Origin: Eledone cirrhosa
Lineage: Eukaryota
Direction: 5' to 3'
Length of the DNA: 64,000 nt
NCBI GenBank assembly: GCA_964016885.1
Contig: OZ024741.1
Coordinates: 302,684,001 to 302,748,000 of the forward strand
The notes beneath the pieces were generated by a model, which was not told the origin of the DNA, did not search any database, and saw only the letters and a program-made list of their open reading frames with translations. This document shows, piece after piece, positions 57,262-64,000 of the stretch (the first letter of the stretch is position 1; each line of letters opens with the position of its first letter). The translations under genes and the position numbers were made by a program.

Positions 57262-57455
57262 CAGACCTGCCAACCTTTCAAAACCCCAAAAGGGGAGTAC
57301 CATGAAAAAAAGTGCCTCCAAACGGGGTGAAATGAGGCAAAATGGGGAGATTTTACATAATGAAGACATCTCTCATCCATGAGAGAAGACATCTCTCATC
57401 CACCCCAAAATGGGTGGGAGATCTCTCCATCGGACGGGGATAGTTGACAGATCTG
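57262..57455. mobile_element. hAT-like MITE, second copy
   Basis: TIRs CAGACCTGCCAAC / GTTGACAGATCTG; colinear with 12472-12669. Confidence 0.65.
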
Positions 57456-57464
57456 TTATTGTTA

Positions 57465-57772
57465 GACATCCGTCGTTTCCGACGACGAGTGTTCTTGTTG
57501 ATTCAATCAATGAAACGGCCTGCTCATGAAATAAACCTAGAAGTGGCTGCACATTCTGCAGATACGTGCTCCCTTAAAGTAGTTCTCAGGAAAATTTAGC
57601 GTGACACAATATCTGACATGGTCTTTTTCTTTGAATTACAGGCACAACTCATTTTTGAGTGGATTAAAACAACGCGAATGATGTGACTGGCTCAAAGAGA
57701 CCATGCACCGTCCAGTCCGGGAATCGAACGACCTAATGATCGTGATCCCAGCCCACTAACCATAACGCCACA
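57465..57772 (-). mobile_element. SINE family C copy
   Basis: Colinear with 2210-2497. Confidence 0.7.
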
Positions 57773-58004
57773 CACCTTTATACAACATTATTAACAATTT
57801 TTCCCCTAATACAACTTCATAACAAAAATAATATACCTGTAGCAGCATATAACTTTATACCAACATCATATTTTTCGTCAAGACGCCATAGTTTCATTTT
57901 TACATCGTATTTTCATCTTAATATCATCTGGATGTCAGCATAGTTCATGCAGTCGAATACATAATTAGAATATACACACAGCGTAATACTATGCTTATCA
58001 GAAT

Positions 58005-58427
58005 AATAGTTTCTGATTTAGGCACAAGGCCAACCATTTTGGGGGAGGGGAGAGTCGATCGCAGTTCGTTACTGGTACTTTTATTTTATCGACACCGTAA
58101 GGATGAAAGGTAAAGCTAACCTCGACAGGATTTGAAACCAGAACGTAAAGGGCTATAACTCCATGCTGCAAAGCACGTTGTCCGATATTCTACCGATACT
58201 GCCAATCCATCGCCCTAACTATAATGGTTTCTTATATAGGCACAAGGCCAGCAATTTTTGGGGAGGGAAATCGACTCCAGTGCGTGACTGATACTTTATT
58301 TTATCGACTCCGTAAGGATGAAAGGTAAGGCTAATCTCGACAGGATTGAAAATCTGAATGTAAAGGGCCGCAACTCTATACCGCAATGCATGTTATCCAA
58401 CGCTCTACCGATACTGCCAATCCACCG
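58005..58427 (-). mobile_element. Two tandem SINE A copies, long subtype
   Basis: 58005-58216 and 58222-58427. Confidence 0.8.
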
Positions 58428-58781
58428 TCCTATGTTTATCAGAATAATGAAGATCAAGTATGATTTCTATGTAATTAAAGTAGGAAGATTTGAAGTATCA
58501 TTAATAGGTGTATACAATTCTATATATATATGTATACACATTAAATCTAACTAAATAGACATACGTATAATTACTCATTAATAAATGTATAGATTAAATG
58601 CTTATTAATGCGTGTAGCATATGATTTCATTAAATATATACATATAATGCTTCGTTAATTAATGTGGGTAAAGATTAAAGTTTTATTAATGCCTGTAAAT
58701 ACCAGACCCCATTATACACTACTATACTATAGTGAGTATATTACATAGGTTCTACATTAATTTTATCTTAATGGGCACACA

Positions 58782-58836
<55 letters not shown>

Positions 58837-58843
58837 TCGTATG

Positions 58844-58897
<54 letters not shown>

Positions 58898-59030
58898 TTA
58901 TATATATATACACACATATTTGTGTGTGCCCATTAGGATAAAAAATACACACACACACACACATATATATAAATTAAGTATATATGCATTTATGATTATA
59001 TATATATATATATAAATATAGATTTAGCGA

Positions 59031-59073
<43 letters not shown>

Positions 59074-59142
59074 AAGGGCAAACAGAAATAACAAAGCAAA
59101 CAACTCAGTACATTGAAGAAATATATTATAGTAGGAAAAGAG

Positions 59143-59178
59143 TCTTAACGTTTCGGACGCTAGTCTTTCATCAGAAGA
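59143..59178 (-). ncRNA. Minimal type I hammerhead motif (family H2)
   Basis: Minus strand TCTT-CTGATGA-AAGAC-TAGC-GTCC-GAAA-CGT-T-AAGA; palindromic helix III region AACGTT. Confidence 0.68.
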
Positions 59179-59814
59179 AAGAATGAGAAATTAAGAAGAA
59201 ATAGAAAGATTGAGGAGACGGGCATGGCGGAAGCGGAAAAAGAAATTTGTAAAAAAAATAACAGGTCCATTCATGTTGCCATCACTTTGGAAACTATTGA
59301 TCGGTGATTATTGTGGAATTTTCCATTATTATCGTTGGTAAGGTGAGAGTCCTTCTCATATTTCCCCGAAGAAATGCTGTTATATGTATTATGTAGGGTG
59401 ATAATAATTGATAATTAATTATTCCCAATTGTTTTCATATGCATGTACCATTCTAACCGCATTGAAAGGGACGTAGAAATTAAAGAATGGATTTAAGTTA
59501 TTAACCTTAGTCTTTTGTCATATTATATGGATGGAAGAAAAATTATTCAAACATTCGATTTTGATTTTGATTTTAATTTTAAACTTTTCTTTTTTTTCTC
59601 CTATCAACTCTTTTTGATTTTTTTACACTACATTTGACAAGATGGATTTTAATACATCGAAACCGGTAATTTTTTCATATATTTTATATACTTCATAAAC
59701 ATTTTTTTAAAAAAGAATTGTCCCTCTCTTTTTATGGCGCAAGTAACTGGAATTGAAAAGTTATACATACAGGTATTGAATTAAAAAGAAATTAACCATC
59801 CTAAAACTAGAAAA

Positions 59815-59896
59815 GCCCAGTTGAGGGCACAAATAAATTGCTACGGCCGTCGCTGGTGGGGCCCCTTTTGCCCCCCCCCCATTAAATCCGGTCCTG
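59815..59896 (-). mobile_element. hAT-type MITE end fragment
   Basis: Minus strand begins CAGGACCGGATTTAATGGGGGG..GGGGCCCC. Confidence 0.45.
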
Positions 59897-59917
59897 TTCT
59901 CCCACACATTTTCTGTA

Positions 59918-59959
<42 letters not shown>

Positions 59960-62054
59960 GAGAGAGATATGTATATGTATATATGTATGTATATATATAT
60001 ATATGTTTGTATATATTTATATACATACATACATGCATATATATATATATATATATATATATGCATACACACACACACACATATATATATATATAGAGAG
60101 AGAGAGAGGGAGAGAGAGAGATGGATATATGTATCTCCATCAAATTAGTATACACACAATGAGTACTACACATATGTAAATATCACGTTTTATTAAATAA
60201 GGAATATGCACGAGGCCTTGAATGCGTGCATCATTTTTATGAATAGATGTATTCATTAGTGTTCATCATCATCAGCATACGCACACACATACACATATTT
60301 ATACATATATACATGCGTATGTTTGTATGTATGTAAGTAAGTGTGTGTGTATGTATGTATGTGTGTGTATATGTATGTATGTATGTATGTAAGTATGTAT
60401 GTATGTATGTAGGCCTGCCTCTATGTGTGTGTGAGTGTGTACAGTGGCGTCACGTTGTGTAAAGACAGGACTATAGTAATGATTAGCTGTTAATTATTTC
60501 CGTTTATTTCATCACTTGCGGTTCAAACTCTATATGAATAAAAAGATGTTTTACTCATTTAAATACTGTAGGACTAAGCACGAATATTTTGATTAGCATA
60601 CTTACATTTATGTATCAGCTGTGCTAGAGCGAGAAATAAAATTCTAATTATATAATTGATATTAAATAATTATTGGCAACATTAATAAACCCACAAAAAT
60701 GAACGTCTTTGTAGTTAAAAAATATTTTAGAAAATATGGGCGGCAAATTGGCAAAGCCGTAAGACAGTCAGATAGAAATGCTTTGTGTTTTTCGTTCCTG
60801 CTCACTGCATTCTGTGTTCAAATTGTGCCGAGCTGAGCTAGTGCCAGTCCAGTATTGGGATCGATGCTTTTACTATATATATCTCTCAATTTCTGGACGA
60901 AATCGGCTATGTTCAGATCTGGAGACGGATGGACTTGACCAGATTTAAAATGTCCAAGAAATGTCATATGTGACTACGGCACGTCTACGACATCACCGGA
61001 GTCCATACATATATATATATACATAAGCTAAAATAGACATCCATCACTGCTCTAGTTGAATACTCTGTAAATGATCCTCCTTATGCTGTGAATACGTTCA
61101 ATAGAACTATTTGTTACGCTGACAATCATCAACCAAGGCAACCGCAAAACCCCACTCAAATGATGGACCAATATGATGCCGTTTGTTGATGAAGATAAAA
61201 AAAAGGGCTCCCGATCACACACACACACACACACGGTTCAAATTCCACTAAATTCAGCTTTACCTTTCATACTTTCGGGGCTGTTAAACTCTTTGCAGTA
61301 TATATTCCGACGTTTTGCCTTGAGTTCGAATTCCGCCCAAGCCAACCTGTAATTAGCCAACATAGCTGCTGAGGCGTCATCCAACAGTGGATCGAAAATG
61401 GCTGGGTAGAAAATACACACACACACATACACGCGCGCGCGCAGAGTTAGGTGTGTAACTATAGTTACAGGTGGCGCGCCGTTCGAAGCACTCAATGCTG
61501 TTACGAGGTCCATCTCGATTTGGGTTGTATTCCAGAGTTAAGGCAACTAGTGTGCAGCGAGTAAACTTTATTGGCATATTACAATGGTTTCGATATCGAA
61601 ACTACTGTAATATTCCAATAAACTATGTACATATGCTGCAACACTGACTTCGATTCAACTTACACACACACACACACACACACACATGCACAACCCCCCC
61701 CCACCACACACATGCTCTCTCTTTCTATATATGTATTTACATATTCATATATCTAGAAGTAGGTAAATATATATTTGAATAGATAAATACAAGGATGGAG
61801 CCAGTAGTTGCATATATAATCATATATATTTTGAACGACGTTCACTTGAAATATTACATGCAGATTGGTATAGTTACCATTAAAGGCTAACTAAAGCAGC
61901 TTGGACTCGTGGGACATGTTGCGTGTAAAAAAATTACTTACTTAAAAACGTGACGTGCCCGCATTCGCTGCGTTTAAGAAGATAAAAATTAAACGCGGTC
62001 AAGCTGGTTAAAAATCCTGCTGTTGAGTGAGTCAACGAGCAAATGTACATTTGA

Positions 62055-62340
62055 CGTCGGAAAAAGAAACTATTTCGTCCAAGATGTCTGCCCTAACCCA
62101 AAATTTAAGCACGGTTGTTGCAATCTTATGTTTTGTGCTGCATGTCTGGAAATGGGGTTGGTTCCATAAATCAAATCGATGACATCATGGACAGTATTGT
62201 CTATGTGGAGACCTTAAAGAAGACTATGCTTGCATGTATAAAGTCATTTCGGTTGGTGATAAACTTTTTAGTATGACAATAACCAACAGGATACCACTAG
62301 TATAATGAAGGATTTCATCGAATGCCAAAAACATCCAAGT
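62055..62340 (+). pseudogene. Tc1 transposase remnant
   Basis: Frameshifted KFKHGCCNLMFC / CMSGNGVGSINQIDDIMDSIVYVETLKKTML / F*YDNNQQDT, matching Tc1 KHGGG.VMVWGC..GVG..MD..Y..IL..FQQDNDPKHT. Confidence 0.75.
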
Positions 62341-62654
62341 GAAATGAGCGAATAAAACTATATAGTTGCTACAATTGCTAAAAGTGCAACTGAATCTTCC
62401 TCAAATGACAGTCAACCACTATAAAAATGTTGAGACACTTTAGATGACGTTGTCTGGGTTGTACTATGCTTGAACCCCCCCCCCCCGGTAAAATACATCA
62501 ACGCAAAACAAAACAAAAAAAGTTCTGTAATAATTGAAAATGTCAGAAATCTCTCGAAAATTGTAGTTTTCGATCGGTCTTTTCGCTAGTTTCGCAAACA
62601 CTAATCCTTGAATCCCAAAGCCATTGATATTTGATTGATTTAAGAAAATAATTT

Positions 62655-62995
62655 TAATTTAAGCACGAAGGAAGCAATTTGGGGGAAAGGGAAAGTCGCT
62701 TAAATTGACACCAGTACTTTACTGGTACTTTATGTAATCTACTTCAGAAAGATGAAAAGAAAATTTGACATCGACGGTATTTGAATTTGAACTCAGTAAA
62801 GGGCCGTAATTAAACACCCGAAAACATCTTGTCCGACGATATAACCACTCTATCAGTCCACCAACCCTGATTCAAGAAACATTTGATATAGATGGCAAAT
62901 AACTATAATCACGATTGGCAGGATCGTTAGAGCGTATTTAGTTACGGCCCTTTAGGTTCTGAGTTTAAATCGATAAACGTAATCTTTCATCCGGC
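62655..62995. mobile_element. Diverged SINE A copies
   Basis: Minus copy 62655-62863; plus fragment 62913-62992. Confidence 0.65.
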
Positions 62996-63266
62996 ATACA
63001 CACACACACACACACACATACATATATATATACGCACACAGAGGCACACACACACATACATACAAACATGTATATATATATATATATTCAGAAGATCCCG
63101 TTAAGGGTGAAAGCAGCGATTCTTTGCTTAAACTTTAATCTGTTATTTTAATAAATATTTGCTCTACGGTTCTTATATATTTGATATATATTTATCCTTA
63201 TCGAGCCCTCTTTGGATTTTAGTCTTCACATTTATTATTATATATGTTTATTATTATATATATATT

Positions 63267-63315
<49 letters not shown>

Positions 63316-63412
63316 CTGCACACATACACACTTATTTATGCATATATATTATAGCAATAAATAAGCTTTTTTTATATTTCCAAATTTATAAAAAATGAAT
63401 ATACGAATATAC

Positions 63413-63559
<147 letters not shown>

Positions 63560-63672
63560 CATGGCTTCAGCCGGATGGCTGGAACATATGAAAGAATAAA
63601 AGAATATTATATATATATATACGCATATATAACCTCTATCCATACATACATATATATATACATGCATATATA

Positions 63673-63872
63673 NNNNNNNNNNNNNNNNNNNNNNNNNNNN
63701 NNNNNNNNNNNNNNNNNNNNNNNNNNNNNNNNNNNNNNNNNNNNNNNNNNNNNNNNNNNNNNNNNNNNNNNNNNNNNNNNNNNNNNNNNNNNNNNNNNNN
63801 NNNNNNNNNNNNNNNNNNNNNNNNNNNNNNNNNNNNNNNNNNNNNNNNNNNNNNNNNNNNNNNNNNNNNNNN
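63673..63872. other. Assembly gap (200 N)
   Basis: Run of N. Confidence 0.99.
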
Positions 63873-64000
63873 CGGTTCTTATATATTTGATATATATTTA
63901 TCCTTATCGAGCCCTCTTTGGATTTTAGTCTTCACATTTATTATTATATATGTTTATTATTATATATATATTTATTATATATATATATATATATATATAT

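Noticed and set aside
63088-63125. H5 motif CAGAAGA-TCCC..GGGT-GAAA as a functional hammerhead
   Set aside because: Both copies read CAGAAGA rather than CTGAAGA and lack helix I; at best a truncated relic.

Overview
Eukaryotic, very AT-rich, repeat-saturated genomic DNA; the SINE families and the extreme (TA)n/(CA)n content suggest an octopus (inference, not verified). I recognise no host protein-coding gene, and nearly all ORF-track entries are translations of microsatellites. The window contains: a near full-length but inactivated Tx1-clade (L1-group) LINE inserted in a CT-rich minisatellite; one intact intronless tRNA-Arg(TCT); a 3'-half U6 snRNA retrocopy fused to a retroelement tail; remnants of Penelope-like (RT + GIY-YIG), R4/Dong-like, CRE-like, CR1-like and RTE-derived retroelements; pogo/Tigger, Tc1, hAT-MITE and Helitron-like DNA elements; and more than 25 tRNA-derived SINE copies or fragments. 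The main pattern is a set of at least five unrelated short elements embedded in (TA)n runs. They carry minimal type-I hammerhead ribozyme motifs, one family showing complete helix-II covariation, and they often end in fold-back inverted duplications, consistent with Penelope-like pseudo-LTR-derived elements. Other notable points are an in-frame, intron-like 39-nt ORF1/ORF2 junction in the Tx1 element and a tRNA-like head enclosed by 111-bp inverted arms. Repeat coordinates were read by eye and may be off by a few bases.
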